Source: an uncultured Planctomycetota bacterium (GTDB taxonomy: Bacteria; Planctomycetota; Planctomycetia; Isosphaerales; Isosphaeraceae). From it: a stretch of 64,000 nt of DNA. Of the stretch, positions 42,443 through 52,578 are shown in pieces (within the stretch, counting starts at the first letter, position 1; each line of letters begins with the position of its first letter). The DNA lies in NCBI GenBank assembly GCA_963823665.1, contig CAWGMQ010000010.1, forward strand, positions 1,280,001 to 1,344,000, read 5' to 3'. The notes under the pieces were generated by a model, which was not told where the DNA came from, ran no database searches, and saw nothing but the letters and a program-made list of their open reading frames with translations. The position numbers were made by a program, and so were the translations under genes.

Positions 42443-43594
42443 GGAGATCCTCCGCTGGAATTCAACACCTCCCGCCCGTCGACACAAACAGATACAAGGT
42501 CGAATTCATTCGCGTGAGAATGTCGAAAAACCACGATGCTGGCGGGCTCTCCTCTGGTCAGGCCAGGCACGCTCCGCCCCAGCAATCTGGCGGGGTTGGC
42601 CGTCACGGTGCGAATGCATTCCTCGAGGCTCCAGTTTGTGGCCTCAAGCAGCGTCCCCACGCCTTTTTCGAGCCCGTGATTCGCGCCGGCCAGATACGGC
42701 GTGCCGGCCACGACGATGCGCCCGGAAGGCTCAATCTCCCACTCGCCGTACCGCCCCGGCGGCAGCCCCGCCAGCGGGCTCGCGTCGCTAACCAGTATGG
42801 TGCGTGTAGGCCCCTTCGCCCGTGCGAGCACCCGCAGAGTCGCCGCGCTCAGGTGATGTCCGTCGGCAATGAAAGAAGCATCGAGGCTCGTCAACCGCTG
42901 CCTGTTCCCAGATTGGGTTCGGGTGTCGGGGCAGCATCCCGGCGATGCCGTTGCCCAGGTGCGTGCTCAGCTTCGCACCGGCCGCGACCGCCTTGCGAAT
43001 CACGCTCCCGTCGGCAGCCGTGTGCCCGAGTGCCACGACGATTCCGGCATCGCGCGCCCGGCGAATGAACTCGATCGCCCCGTTCCGTTCCGGCGCCAGC
43101 GTAACGATGGCAATTCGCCCGCCCGCCGCGCGTTGGAACTCTTCGAATAACGCCCAGCTCGGGTCACGAATCGCATCGGCCGGGTGAGCCCCGCGATAGC
43201 CGTCCTGCTCCGAGATGAACGGCCCTTCGACGTGGATGCCGACGACTCTTCGAGCGACCTCCGGATCAAGATCGCACGCCGCGGCGATCGTTCGCAGGCC
43301 GTGGACCATGTGGTCCACCGGCGCCGTGATGAGCGTGGGACAAAGCCTGGCCGTCCCCAGTTTGCCCTGATAATGCACAATCTCTTGAACCTGCTCGACC
43401 GTGAGCTCCGGACTTGAGAACGAACGCCCCCCGTGGCCGTTCATCTGAATGTCCCAGAACGCCGGCGCGACCCACAGATCGGTGGGTTCGACGAGATCGG
43501 GGCCGTCGGCCGGCCCGATCGCCTCGATGTGCCCGCCGCGAAGCTCCAGCTCGACCCAGGACGAGCTCGCGTAATTGCGCGCCACCAGTCTCAT
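42436..43594 (-). CDS. nagA: N-acetylglucosamine-6-phosphate deacetylase; frameshift near 42890
   Basis: PTLIT, GIHVEGPFIS, GAHP, VTLAPE, LGHT, THLGN; then IADGHH, LVSDA, LAG, NPARLLG in the second frame. Confidence 0.88.
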
Positions 43595-43647
43595 GAGAAA
43601 TACTGCTCTCGCTTGCGCGCTGGTCGTGCAATTGGAGCCCGGCACGC

Positions 43648-44196
43648 TCAGTCGCGCGTGAGCGTGACCGTATACGCCAACACGGTCAATTGCCCTGTGG
43701 AAATGCTGACCGTTCCATAAGCCTGCAAGCTCCCCGATGCCTTCGCGAAACGGCCGGAGCCGCCTGCGACGGTTCCGCTCCAGGAGAACGCGTAGCCCGG
43801 CCCGCTCTCGTAAATCGCCCCGGTGAATTGAATATCGAGCTTGGCGCCGCTCGAGTCGACAAGAGTCCCGGTTCCGTTCACCAGGTCGTATCCGACGATC
43901 GCCCCATTCTCGAGCGCAGCCCTGTATCGGGACTTGCCGTTGAAAGTGCCCGTTCCGAGAGGTGCCTCCGGACCCGCCGCCAAGAACTTGTCTGTTCCCT
44001 GGCCAGGTTTCCCCGCCTGGACCATTTGACCTTCGAGCGATCCGTAGACCTGATGGATCCCGGTCGCTTTTGCGACCCGCTTGAGCTCCGCCGCCGGCCG
44101 ATCGGCAACTGCAATGGCGCTCATCAGGTCGCGTGATTCAAGGGTCTCGACCCGCAAAGCTTGATGGCGACACGGCTTCCGCTTGTGGAGCGACAT
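43648..44196 (-). CDS. Small planctomycete extracellular beta-rich protein
   Basis: Leader LRVETLESRDLMS; GGSGRFAKASG motif; GGAGG RBS. Confidence 0.7.
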   Translation of the reverse strand: MSLHKRKPCRHQALRVETLESRDLMSAIAVADRPAAELKRVAKATGIHQVYGSLEGQMVQAGKPGQGTDKFLAAGPEAPLGTGTFNGKSRYRAALENGAIVGYDLVNGTGTLVDSSGAKLDIQFTGAIYESGPGYAFSWSGTVAGGSGRFAKASGSLQAYGTVSISTGQLTVLAYTVTLTRD

Positions 44197-45514
44197 CGAT
44201 CGACCCTCCAGATTGGTCGTTCCGCGGTCGGGGCAACGGGACCGCCGCAAAAGATACGCACTCTTGTGCCGATGCTACCTCGTCTTGCGACGATACCATT
44301 TGCAGCACTTGAACTTGCGTCGAATCGTCCGCTCCGTTTTCCCGGGTTAAGGGAGCAATTCGGGTAGCACCCTCGGTTCCGGTCGCCGCTAGGGCTTCTG
44401 CTTCCGGCCGCGGCTTGGGAGCCAGGTCCGGAAGTGCCTGCACAGCACCGTCGATATCGAACCTGGACGCTTTGGCGTAGATACCGATGGTCAGCTTCGG
44501 GTCAGAGTGCCGGGCAAGCACCTGGCAAGTCTTTACCGACGCTCCGGACGCGACGATATACGAGATGTAGCAACCCCGCAAGCTGTGAAAATCAACCACC
44601 CCGGAATCGGTCTCGTAGGGAATGCTGGCAGCTTCCAGGTCGATCCGCAGCATTTCGGCCGTCCGATTCGTCAACGTCCCGAAGATCGCCTCTCCTGGTG
44701 CCTTCTGGGCCAGCCACGGGCGAACTTGATCGGCCAGAGCTTGCGCCAACGGCTGCACAGCTTCCTGTCCGTTCTTCGTGTAAGCAGCCCGGCAGCGAAC
44801 GGTAGGAGGCGACGCGACAAGTTTGAAGTCCTCGGGTGTCAGGGATCGCAGTTCATCGGCTCTGAACCCGGTTCCGAGTGCCAAGCTGTACAGCACGGCG
44901 CGCTCAGGGCCTTCGATACCTCGGAAGATTGGCCCGCGCTCCGCTGCCCGCACCACCCGTGCGGCTTCCTCTGGAGTCATAGCCCGGCGAACCCGCCGCC
45001 GGTCGCCCTCCGAACTCGTGGTGGCGAGGTGTGCAAGGTGGTGATCTCGAGCCCGTCCATCCTTCCAGAGCCATCGGCTGAACGCCTTGACCGAGCGGAT
45101 GTAGTGATTGATGGTTTCGGTACTTAGCCCTTCACTACGAAGTACCACGGTCGCGTCAAGGGCCTTCGAGAGCGACAAGTCAGATATCCGCCGGCTCTTG
45201 GTCAGCTCGAGCATCCGGCTGACTTGCGTCGTCGTCGTGAGCGCGTGTCCGCTGTTGCTGCCTTTGGCTGCCAGGTATCGCCCATAATCCGCGGCGTGCT
45301 CCGCCAGGGGCTTGGCCTCGTGCTTCTGGTAGGCAAGATCCCGCGGGTCGATCTGTCCGTTCTTGATCTTGCGGGCTTCCGTCTCGAGCTTGACCGCCAG
45401 CTCTTGTGACGCTCGCTTGTCGGTGTAGCCCTTTTTCTTCCGCCGGTCGCCGTTGGCGTCGAAGTAAAGAATCGTGTAGCAGTCTGCGCCCTTGGCCTTG
45501 AAAACCGATGCCAT
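44138..45514 (-). CDS. int: Tyrosine integrase; the ORF reads through the left att site
   Basis: Catalytic set GFRADE, TKNG, FHSLR, ARHS, IGIY; LAATGTEG tail. Confidence 0.95.
   Translation of the reverse strand: MASVFKAKGADCYTILYFDANGDRRKKKGYTDKRASQELAVKLETEARKIKNGQIDPRDLAYQKHEAKPLAEHAADYGRYLAAKGSNSGHALTTTTQVSRMLELTKSRRISDLSLSKALDATVVLRSEGLSTETINHYIRSVKAFSRWLWKDGRARDHHLAHLATTSSEGDRRRVRRAMTPEEAARVVRAAERGPIFRGIEGPERAVLYSLALGTGFRADELRSLTPEDFKLVASPPTVRCRAAYTKNGQEAVQPLAQALADQVRPWLAQKAPGEAIFGTLTNRTAEMLRIDLEAASIPYETDSGVVDFHSLRGCYISYIVASGASVKTCQVLARHSDPKLTIGIYAKASRFDIDGAVQALPDLAPKPRPEAEALAATGTEGATRIAPLTRENGADDSTQVQVLQMVSSQDEVASAQECVSFAAVPLPRPRNDQSGGSIDVAPQAEAVSPSSFAGRDP
44253..44270. repeat. Left att core
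   Basis: gatacgcactcttgtgcc versus gatacgcattccagtgcc at 60139-60156. Confidence 0.65.
44350..44370. promoter_or_regulatory. Candidate integrase arm-type sites (left)
   Basis: agggagcaattcgggtagcac; a matching tandem motif occurs at 59970-59989. Confidence 0.55.
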
Positions 45515-45515
45515 G

Positions 45516-45719
45516 TCACTTCGCCTTTCTCGTGGTTGTGATCCGCAGGCCCAGTAATTCGGCCAGCTTGTCAAGATTCGCCAGCGATAGCCCAGCTTGC
45601 CCGTTGACGAATCGAGACATCGACGCCCCGTCAATGCGCGTCCGCCGGCAGATTTCGTAGTGCGTCAAACCTGATTGCTTGACCGCTTCCCGGATTTGGT
45701 CAGTCAACGTATCGCTCAT
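45516..45719 (-). CDS. XRE-family HTH regulator
   Basis: SGLTHYEICRRTRIDGASMSRFVNG..LSLANLDKLAELLGL; ends 1 nt before the int start. Confidence 0.85.
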   Translation of the reverse strand: MSDTLTDQIREAVKQSGLTHYEICRRTRIDGASMSRFVNGQAGLSLANLDKLAELLGLRITTTRKAK

Positions 45720-46298
45720 CTCAGCACCATCCACATCGCGCCAGCCACTCCCACCAGTAGCGACAACAGCGTCAGGTCAACCCCCACGTCGATGATTGCC
45801 AGGGTTGCACACTTCAGAATTCGCATTTCCGCCCCCTCTCGTTTCGTTATTCTCACTGCCATGATGGAAGTCTATGCTTTGCTTGTTTGAAAATCAACGG
45901 TGCAGCGATGGAATTCCGCCCGATTTTTCGGACTCCTTCCAGATCGGTTAGAATGTGCACGTGATTATACTATCATACATAGTGAGCGTACACGTGTACT
46001 CCCCCGTAAACGGGCATTTCTTGCCACTAAGTGCACACCATTTCGCCACCCCCTTAGAGCGCAAGGGGGTCGCGCAATTGGCTTGGCATCCGCCCTCCAA
46101 TCGGCGAAACTGACCACCATGAAAGCGCTCAAAGGGTCGGCGGTTTTGCTGCCATCGTCGGCAGTATGATCTTCTACGCGTGGCTGCGCCGCGGCATCCG
46201 TGGCTCTGGCTTGGGATTTTCGCCCCGGCGCCGCAGGTAAAGCGCCCGCCTCAACCAGCTCGAGCGCGGGCACCTCGACCCTTGCTTTTCTAAGGCAC

Positions 46299-46790
46299 TC
46301 AATCGGCCGATGGATCGAACATCGATGCCGGCTTGCCCAGAGCCTTAGCAATCTTGGAAATCGTAGCGTGCGATGGGCTGTGCTTTCCGGTTTCAAGTCG
46401 GCTGATGTGGCTTTGAAGCAACCCCGCCTTCTGTGCAAGCTGCGCCTGCGTTAGACCGGCGGCTTGACGCTCCTTGGCGATCCGCTTGCTGATGAATGAA
46501 ATCCACGCCAAGAGCCCCGACTTCGGCGAATTCGGCTCCGATGGGCAGTCCATCTTTCGCGAACCTGATGGCGCCTGTTCCAGGATTTCGCGCATCGTCA
46601 CGACGCAGCTTTCAAATTCCTCAGGATCTGCGGTCGGCAGTACCTTGACCAACTCGAAAAGATCGTCCCTGTCATTCTGGTTGAGACGCTGCACGCGATC
46701 CAACACGATCGCGACGGCCATCGTCAAAGCCTCATGGCTAAGATTGGACTGCGCAGAATCTAGTGGTCCGTGAAGCTCCTTGGTAGGCAT
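46299..46790 (-). CDS. XRE-HTH antitoxin (HigA-like)
   Basis: RQAAGLTQAQLAQKAGLLQSHISRLETGKHSP; lies downstream of the toxin. Confidence 0.8.
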   Translation of the reverse strand: MPTKELHGPLDSAQSNLSHEALTMAVAIVLDRVQRLNQNDRDDLFELVKVLPTADPEEFESCVVTMREILEQAPSGSRKMDCPSEPNSPKSGLLAWISFISKRIAKERQAAGLTQAQLAQKAGLLQSHISRLETGKHSPSHATISKIAKALGKPASMFDPSAD

Positions 46791-46845
46791 GCTATCCCTT
46801 CCGAATTCAATATAATCGAATAATCTTGCGTGGGGCTCGCGCGGG

Positions 46846-47259
46846 TCACGCCGCCGAATAGCCGCCATTTCGATAGTTTCTGGCCCTCCTTCGCATCCGA
46901 ATCTTCGCACCGTTCGGAGTCGGTCCGTCATTCTGTTTCTTGATCCCGCCCAACACGACGATGATGGTTCTGTGCTTGTCGAGCAGAAAGAATATGCGGA
47001 CGTTCATCCCTCCCAAGATACCGCCCTTGTCACGTAGCTCGAAGTAGTCTTCGATTGCACGGATGTCGGCGGTAACGCTATGTGAAGGATCATTTTCCGT
47101 AGCCAACTCCTTGAATTGGAGTGCCAAGTGGTGATATTGGGCTCGGTTCACGAATCCCATTACTTCGTGGTACCCCTCGTTGAGAATCCGGACGCTCCAC
47201 CGATAGCCAGGCGGCGGTCCGCCCCCCTGCGTCACGCCAACCTTGACCTCTTTCGCCAT
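46846..47259 (-). CDS. RelE/HigB-like (Gp49-type) toxin
   Basis: YFELRDKGG..NVRIFF..IIVVLGGIKKQ pattern; toxin-first gene order. Confidence 0.75.
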   Translation of the reverse strand: MAKEVKVGVTQGGGPPPGYRWSVRILNEGYHEVMGFVNRAQYHHLALQFKELATENDPSHSVTADIRAIEDYFELRDKGGILGGMNVRIFFLLDKHRTIIVVLGGIKKQNDGPTPNGAKIRMRRRARNYRNGGYSAA

Positions 47260-47292
47260 ATTAATCGTCCTTTATCCCCAGGCGCCTTGAGG

Positions 47293-47320
47293 ATTATACA
47301 ACAATCATAGTGCGCTTCAA
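47293..47320 (-). promoter_or_regulatory. Sigma-70-like promoter of the TA operon
   Basis: Minus strand TTGAAG-16 nt-TATAAT; ttatacaac occurs twice nearby (possible operator). Confidence 0.6.
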
Positions 47321-47753
47321 CAGTGTTCGCTACATATTATACAACGCAACGGTGCTACTCAAGATTCTCGCCTGTTCGTTGTGCGCCCTTGAATTCGAGC
47401 CCGATGGCGAGCCGCCTACCCCTTCTCGTGCCCCGTCACGTAAACCCCGGTCCGCGCGAGCTTCGATATCGGCGCGCTCTCGGTCGCCCGTCCAATCCCT
47501 CGACCGAAGCGCCGCGGGCTTCACAGCGAGGCGTCTAGGCGATGGAATCCACGTCATCGTCGCTTGCTCTTGGCTGCGTGCCGGAATGGTAACGGTTTCG
47601 CCGTTCCACAATCTGGGCAGACTGCCCGCGGCCCGTTGTCGCTGGCCCGGATCACAGTCACCGCCCCGCACTGGCACGGCGACCCGGAATCGCGCCGCGG
47701 GTCCACCGTCCCTGTCGCCCTCTGGCCGCTCCGGCGTTTCCCCAGGATGATCT

Positions 47754-48032
47754 TCACCGCCGGCGCTCCCATCCCCGAATCCAAAAGCAAACTGCCAGGT
47801 TTATGAGGCACACCGCCGCGCTTCCGATGAAAAACGTCCACGCGATCGGTCCCTGTCCGTTGCGCTGTTGCAGCCAGAGCCCCGCCAGTGCCATTGCCAT
47901 TGAAGCCGTTGACGTCATTTCAAGCACCAATCCAATCCGGTCGCTCCGGCCCGCGGTTTCGGGCAGCGCTTCGACCAGTTCGTCCACTTTCGCCTGGCTG
48001 TTGCTCTCTGAACTGGTTTCGATAATCCGCAT
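47754..48032 (-). CDS. Small two-TM membrane protein
   Basis: Two hydrophobic helices and a basic C-terminus; GAGGAGG RBS. Confidence 0.55.
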   Translation of the reverse strand: MRIIETSSESNSQAKVDELVEALPETAGRSDRIGLVLEMTSTASMAMALAGLWLQQRNGQGPIAWTFFIGSAAVCLINLAVCFWIRGWERRR

Positions 48033-48064
48033 GGAAAGCACCTCCTCGTGGTTGTGAACAAACC

Positions 48065-48364
48065 TCAGTCTGGAATCATCCCAGGATATGGCGGGCATGC
48101 CACCGGCTCCGTGGGGGCATCGCACTCCCCGCCCCCGCACCGTTGGCATTTCTTCACCACCGGCGTAGGCAGTCCGAGCGCCGCGGCCGCTTCCTGCACC
48201 TCGGCATCCGTGGTCGTGATTTCGCCCTTCGCTCCGTGCCACTGCTTGACGAACAATGCCGCGTAAGCAGCCTGGCTCCAATGGTCGCCCAGCTCGTGGA
48301 CGAGTCGCTGAAAGTGCGGCTGATGCGCGACTGCCTTTTCGATTTCAGGTAGCGTGATCGTCAT
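48065..48364 (-). CDS. Hypothetical protein with C-terminal Cys cluster
   Basis: CQRCGGGEC; ATGA overlap with the upstream gene. Confidence 0.6.
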   Translation of the reverse strand: MTITLPEIEKAVAHQPHFQRLVHELGDHWSQAAYAALFVKQWHGAKGEITTTDAEVQEAAAALGLPTPVVKKCQRCGGGECDAPTEPVACPPYPGMIPD

Positions 48365-48762
48365 GATTCAACCCTCTCAAACCTGCCGATTGGGCAACGC
48401 TCGGTTGAGGCCCATAACTTCAGAGACCCGCAGCCACAAATTCGACATCGTTGCGAATCGGCGTTGTAATGCTCGCATGCCTGGCATAACGCTAAACGTT
48501 GCTCATGGATTTCTGGCGAGACTTTGACTGCATGGCCAGTCAGAACAGCACCCGCCACTCGAGCGGCTGCGCCCAGAGCGTTTACGGCCATCTGCGCCAT
48601 GGTCGGAAACTCCTGCGGTGCACCCGTGGCGATCTCGAGAACGATTTCCCGATAGCGACCGCGCTGCCATTCGTCCGGATTCTCATCCGAGCAAAGCCAG
48701 CGATAACGCTCGTGTTTTGTTTTTCCGACCACGATGTCTAGGGCTTCGGGTAGTGTCATCAT
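48361..48762 (-). CDS. DUF6171-like Cys-rich protein
   Basis: RLALCQACEHY..RCRICGC..LKLW...CPIGRF; ATGA-coupled start. Confidence 0.65.
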   Translation of the reverse strand: MMTLPEALDIVVGKTKHERYRWLCSDENPDEWQRGRYREIVLEIATGAPQEFPTMAQMAVNALGAAARVAGAVLTGHAVKVSPEIHEQRLALCQACEHYNADSQRCRICGCGSLKLWASTERCPIGRFERVES

Positions 48763-49583
48763 TGGGTCACCGTGACGCCAATAGTCGGTCCCGTGCAATT
48801 CCCATACACCGTGCAGAAACCACCGTCTCCAGCACCATTGGCGCAGCCGCTGCCAATCAAAAAACTTCCGGTTTCGTTTACTGGGTAGCAGGAGCTTTGT
48901 TCCGGCCCCACCCCGGTCATATTGGTGGATATCTCGCTGCTGAAACTCGAGCCGCTCGTATCGGGGCACCCGTTCGAATCGGTTGGGTAATTGTGCGGAC
49001 AATACACGGACGCTCTATCAATGCTGGCGCTTATGCAGGGATTGTAGCTGTACTGTAATTCCACCGTTCCGCCCACGCATCCGCATGCCGCGCCATAGGT
49101 GTAATTGATGCTGCCGATGTAATTCAACGAGCTTCCCGTACCAACGATACTTAATGTTCCGTAGGGGTAAAGTGTGACTGCTCCGACAACGGCGTCGGTA
49201 AGTGTGAGTTGATCGGGGTACATTAACAGAAGGGCTTTGTTTGGTGACGCTGTGCTCCCTGTTACGGTAATGTGCTGTGTCGTCGGAGTCGTGAGATAGC
49301 CAGACGGCGCCGACATCGAAAAGTAATATGTGCCCGTGCTTGACACTTCCCAAACAAACTGGCCGCTCGAGTTAGTCGTCCCTGACGCAACGACGGTACC
49401 GCCTGAATTGTTTTGCTGGACAGTTATCGTGATCCCTGAGAATCCGCATATCTTTGTGCTGTCACACCACCATACCTGAACGGTGTGATTCGCACCGCAC
49501 CCACAACACGTCCCAATCGACCAGGCGCCGTAGGCGGCATAGAGTAGGCAGACGAGACCAATGATCAACAGGTAGACCATCAT
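48759..49583 (-). CDS. Cys/Gly/Ser/Thr-rich membrane-anchored or secreted protein
   Basis: N-terminal TM, TCCGCG, prealbumin-like GTTNSSGQF..GTYYFSMSAPSGY, many Cys; visibly lower GC. Confidence 0.7.
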   Translation of the reverse strand: MMVYLLIIGLVCLLYAAYGAWSIGTCCGCGANHTVQVWWCDSTKICGFSGITITVQQNNSGGTVVASGTTNSSGQFVWEVSSTGTYYFSMSAPSGYLTTPTTQHITVTGSTASPNKALLLMYPDQLTLTDAVVGAVTLYPYGTLSIVGTGSSLNYIGSINYTYGAACGCVGGTVELQYSYNPCISASIDRASVYCPHNYPTDSNGCPDTSGSSFSSEISTNMTGVGPEQSSCYPVNETGSFLIGSGCANGAGDGGFCTVYGNCTGPTIGVTVTQ

Positions 49584-49801
49584 CGCCCCTGCTGCTCCTG
49601 CTGGCCAGTCTGGTAGATGCCAGCGCCCTTCACCTGATCGGTCGGCACCACGAGAACGTTGCCGGCCTTCAGTTCCACGAGACAGAGAATCGGGTGATCG
49701 GGTCCGCGGTCAAGAATTCCGAGCCAGAGCCCCGGCCCCTTGTCGGTGACCTCGACTGACCGCGGCGTGTTGAAGATGCCGTGTTGCGTGATCACTTCCA
49801 T
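49580..49801 (-). CDS. Hypothetical protein
   Basis: GAGG RBS; overlaps the next start. Confidence 0.55.
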   Translation of the reverse strand: MEVITQHGIFNTPRSVEVTDKGPGLWLGILDRGPDHPILCLVELKAGNVLVVPTDQVKGAGIYQTGQQEQQGR

Positions 49802-49827
49802 ACCTCAAATCCGGCCCGCCGTTCATT

Positions 49828-50088
49828 TCATTCCGATTCAAGCATATCCCTGACGTCTCCGATCAACGCGAGCGCTTCGGCGAGCACCGACTCTGCTTCC
49901 GTCGGACCCTCGTTCAGCCTCCGGCGGAGACGGTCGTTCTCAGCCTTCAGTGTCTCGTTTTCCGAAATGAGCTGGTTAATTGCAACCAGCGCCTTGCCCG
50001 GCTGCGTCGCGATTGCCCGAAACATCTCCTTGATCTCTCGCTCGCGCGACTTGCTCACGATGTCGGTCATCTTGGCGGGGATCACCAA
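49828..50088 (-). CDS. Small coiled-coil protein
   Basis: LISENETLKAENDRLRRRL; coupled to the upstream stop. Confidence 0.55.
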   Translation of the reverse strand: MVIPAKMTDIVSKSREREIKEMFRAIATQPGKALVAINQLISENETLKAENDRLRRRLNEGPTEAESVLAEALALIGDVRDMLESE

Positions 50089-50564
50089 TGTCCTCCTTCT
50101 CGCTCCCGCTGCCGCGCTGCGGCATCTTCTGCATAAGCCGCTTTCCGCTCGCGGTGTTCGACTGCTGAGTCCACCTTGTTCTGCGTGATCAAATAGCCAT
50201 AGATCGCTTCGAGCCTGGCTGTATCTCGTCTGAGCTCCGCAACGGACATGTTGAGCATCCCGGCAATCTTCCTGTCGAGCGCGTCAGTCCCCGCGATTTC
50301 GCCCGCTGCAAGCGCTCGTGCGATTGCTTGATCCGAGCCGGGGGTAACAATGCCCGCCCGGTCTCGCATGCGATCAAAGCGAGCTTTCGTTGCAGCCCTC
50401 TGGAGATTTACTTCGTATGTCGCGATTGCCTGTTTTTTCACCGGCTCAAGCGAGGTCAGAAGCGAGGCGACTTCGGCCATTGCTTCCGTTCGTTTCTGCT
50501 CAGCCACTTCCCGCGCGATGGTCATCATCTGCGCCGGAGTGAGTGCCGCCGTTCGATAGCTCAT
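50082..50564 (-). CDS. Helical hypothetical protein
   Basis: GGAGG RBS; ATGA overlap; operon position downstream of the capsid gene. Confidence 0.6.
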   Translation of the reverse strand: MSYRTAALTPAQMMTIAREVAEQKRTEAMAEVASLLTSLEPVKKQAIATYEVNLQRAATKARFDRMRDRAGIVTPGSDQAIARALAAGEIAGTDALDRKIAGMLNMSVAELRRDTARLEAIYGYLITQNKVDSAVEHRERKAAYAEDAAARQREREGGHW

Positions 50565-50743
50565 TTCCCCCTCCGTTGTGACTGGCGTAGAAAGGCCCCC
50601 AATGGCCCGATGGATTCCACGGTGCTATCGCTGGCCTCTTGACGCTCTTGCTCGAGCCGATGACGCTTCTCAGCTTCGCGCCGAGCCCAGCGCCTGTTTT
50701 CCTTCGGCCGCGTGTCAATTGCCCGGCAGAATTTGTTGTCCAT
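50561..50743 (-). CDS. Small basic hypothetical protein
   Basis: GAGG RBS right after the capsid stop. Confidence 0.5.
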   Translation of the reverse strand: MDNKFCRAIDTRPKENRRWARREAEKRHRLEQERQEASDSTVESIGPLGAFLRQSQRRGK

Positions 50744-50752
50744 TGGATCACC

Positions 50753-51976
50753 TCAACGCTGGGCAATCGTGACTGCCCACCCGACTGTTGAACCATCCGT
50801 CGTGGTAAGCGTGCTTGGCCAGATGCTGCGCCCATCCCCTCTAAGCTTGAGCCGCACCGCGACCTCGTCAGATAGGAAAAAGACGTCCTCCGAGTAGGAT
50901 CGCTCCATCACACCCTCGGGTAGCGCGATGATTCCAGTGTGCCCCTCATCGCGCGGCAGACTGATGTCGAACGACAGAGTGCTAAGATCGTTCTTCGTCA
51001 CCCTGCGAACACATAAGTGATATTGTGACCAGTCCGCCAAGACGAGATCCGCCGGAGTCCCAATGGCGGAGCAATTTTCGTTCACAATGCATGGCCTTCC
51101 CTTGATCAAAGGAAATTCATTCCCCGCCACCCCCTGCGGAAGGTAGATCGCTGATGGCCAATTCGCTGCCGACGCTACTTCATCGATGCTGCCCAGAGTC
51201 GCGTCCGTGCAAGACCAGATCGCGTTCCGCTTGCACGGCCCGTACAAACTTTTCCACATATTTGTGATATTGGTTTCGCTTATGGTGCCGCTGCTTTGCC
51301 CGCTGTCCTTTGCGATCTGCACAACCCCGGCCGCGGGCAGTCCGCTGCCTGGCACCACCACGCCGGAAGGCCCCGCGATAATCCCTTGGATCATGGCTTG
51401 CTCAAGCTGGAAACGGATTTCCGACTCGGCCGAATAATCCAAGAGAGGCATAATCAAATCCGTGTCCGCGAACAGGTCGCGAGACATGGGCGGAAATTGC
51501 ACGATCAATCGCGAGCAGGAAAAATTCACCCGCGCTGCCGATGGTTGCGATTGGAACTTCGATTGCGAAAGATCGGCCGTTTCTGACGTCGCCCAAACCC
51601 CCAGCACACCACCCCACCGGCTCCCGGCCGCTCTCGAAGATTCCCCGTAGACTGGCAACACAAAATCGCGCTGATTCACGGTGATGATTCGACAGCGCGC
51701 GAGCGGACCGTCAACCGTCCGGGCTTTGTCCCAAACTGCCGTTGCCCACTCGGGCTTGAGCGTGAAACCGTAGTCCTGTCCCTGATACCCGACACCGGTT
51801 CTGATTTGCAGGTCCTCAAGGTTCATCAAGCGTTCGGTCGAATCGAACGTCAGCAATGAACGCGCGGCCGTCGCTGCGAAAAAGCCGAATGGCGTAACGT
51901 CGTCCGCTGCGATCGGACGCAACATGGCTCGCGACTTGCGCGGTTTCGGCATTTCGATCGTAGTGCCGTGCAACAT
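50753..51976 (-). CDS. HK97-fold major capsid protein
   Basis: GFTLKPEW, ESSRAAGSRWGGV, LIKGRPCI..E.CSAIGTPADLVLADWSQY, SEDVFFLSDEVAVRLKLRGDG. Confidence 0.88.
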   Translation of the reverse strand: MLHGTTIEMPKPRKSRAMLRPIAADDVTPFGFFAATAARSLLTFDSTERLMNLEDLQIRTGVGYQGQDYGFTLKPEWATAVWDKARTVDGPLARCRIITVNQRDFVLPVYGESSRAAGSRWGGVLGVWATSETADLSQSKFQSQPSAARVNFSCSRLIVQFPPMSRDLFADTDLIMPLLDYSAESEIRFQLEQAMIQGIIAGPSGVVVPGSGLPAAGVVQIAKDSGQSSGTISETNITNMWKSLYGPCKRNAIWSCTDATLGSIDEVASAANWPSAIYLPQGVAGNEFPLIKGRPCIVNENCSAIGTPADLVLADWSQYHLCVRRVTKNDLSTLSFDISLPRDEGHTGIIALPEGVMERSYSEDVFFLSDEVAVRLKLRGDGRSIWPSTLTTTDGSTVGWAVTIAQR

Positions 51977-51978
51977 CG

Positions 51979-52413
51979 TTATTCGCCCTCCGGAAAGCGT
52001 CGCGTGAATTCTGAAATGAGCTCGTGAACGGGCGTTGGCGCGGAGCGTTCAACCAAAATTGGCGGAGCGCCGAGCCTCTGAAGTAGACCATCGGCATTCG
52101 CCGCGCGCTGCAATTCACATCTGAGCTCGTGCGCATCGCGGTGGTTGCCCGCGCGTTCGAGCCGGTCGATTTCGCGCCAGATCGGAGACGGCTTACCATG
52201 CGAGGCGAGCCGGTCGCCAATCGCTCTCTGACTGACGAAACAAGCGAACCCCTCGCGCACTCCGTTCAACTCGCCACCGCGCACAAGGCTTCGCACTTCG
52301 GCAACAGTCACGCCAAGAATCTCAGCCGCCTTGCAATCCGGCAGATACCCCCGCGACTGCATTTCGCGGTCGTGGGAATCTTCCTCCCAGTATGGCCCGA
52401 ATTTCCATCCCAT
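51979..52413 (-). CDS. Excisionase/MerR-like HTH protein
   Basis: KAAEILGVTVAEVRSLVRGGELNG. Confidence 0.65.
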   Translation of the reverse strand: MGWKFGPYWEEDSHDREMQSRGYLPDCKAAEILGVTVAEVRSLVRGGELNGVREGFACFVSQRAIGDRLASHGKPSPIWREIDRLERAGNHRDAHELRCELQRAANADGLLQRLGAPPILVERSAPTPVHELISEFTRRFPEGE

Positions 52414-52578
52414 GTAGCACCCCTTTCGATGGTCGAATACTAGAGCGAGCCGCGATATCGAATCAAGTGAAGGCGCGAGCAATTCCACTTAATGCTTATG
52501 GAATTTTTGGACACACGCGAGCCGTTTTCGCCGTGTTTTTCGTGGCTCGGATGTGTGATTCGTCCAGAAAATCGCCCC

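Noticed and set aside
47321..47350. dif/Xer site
   Set aside because: Only weak similarity to the XerD arm; better explained as part of the TA promoter/operator.
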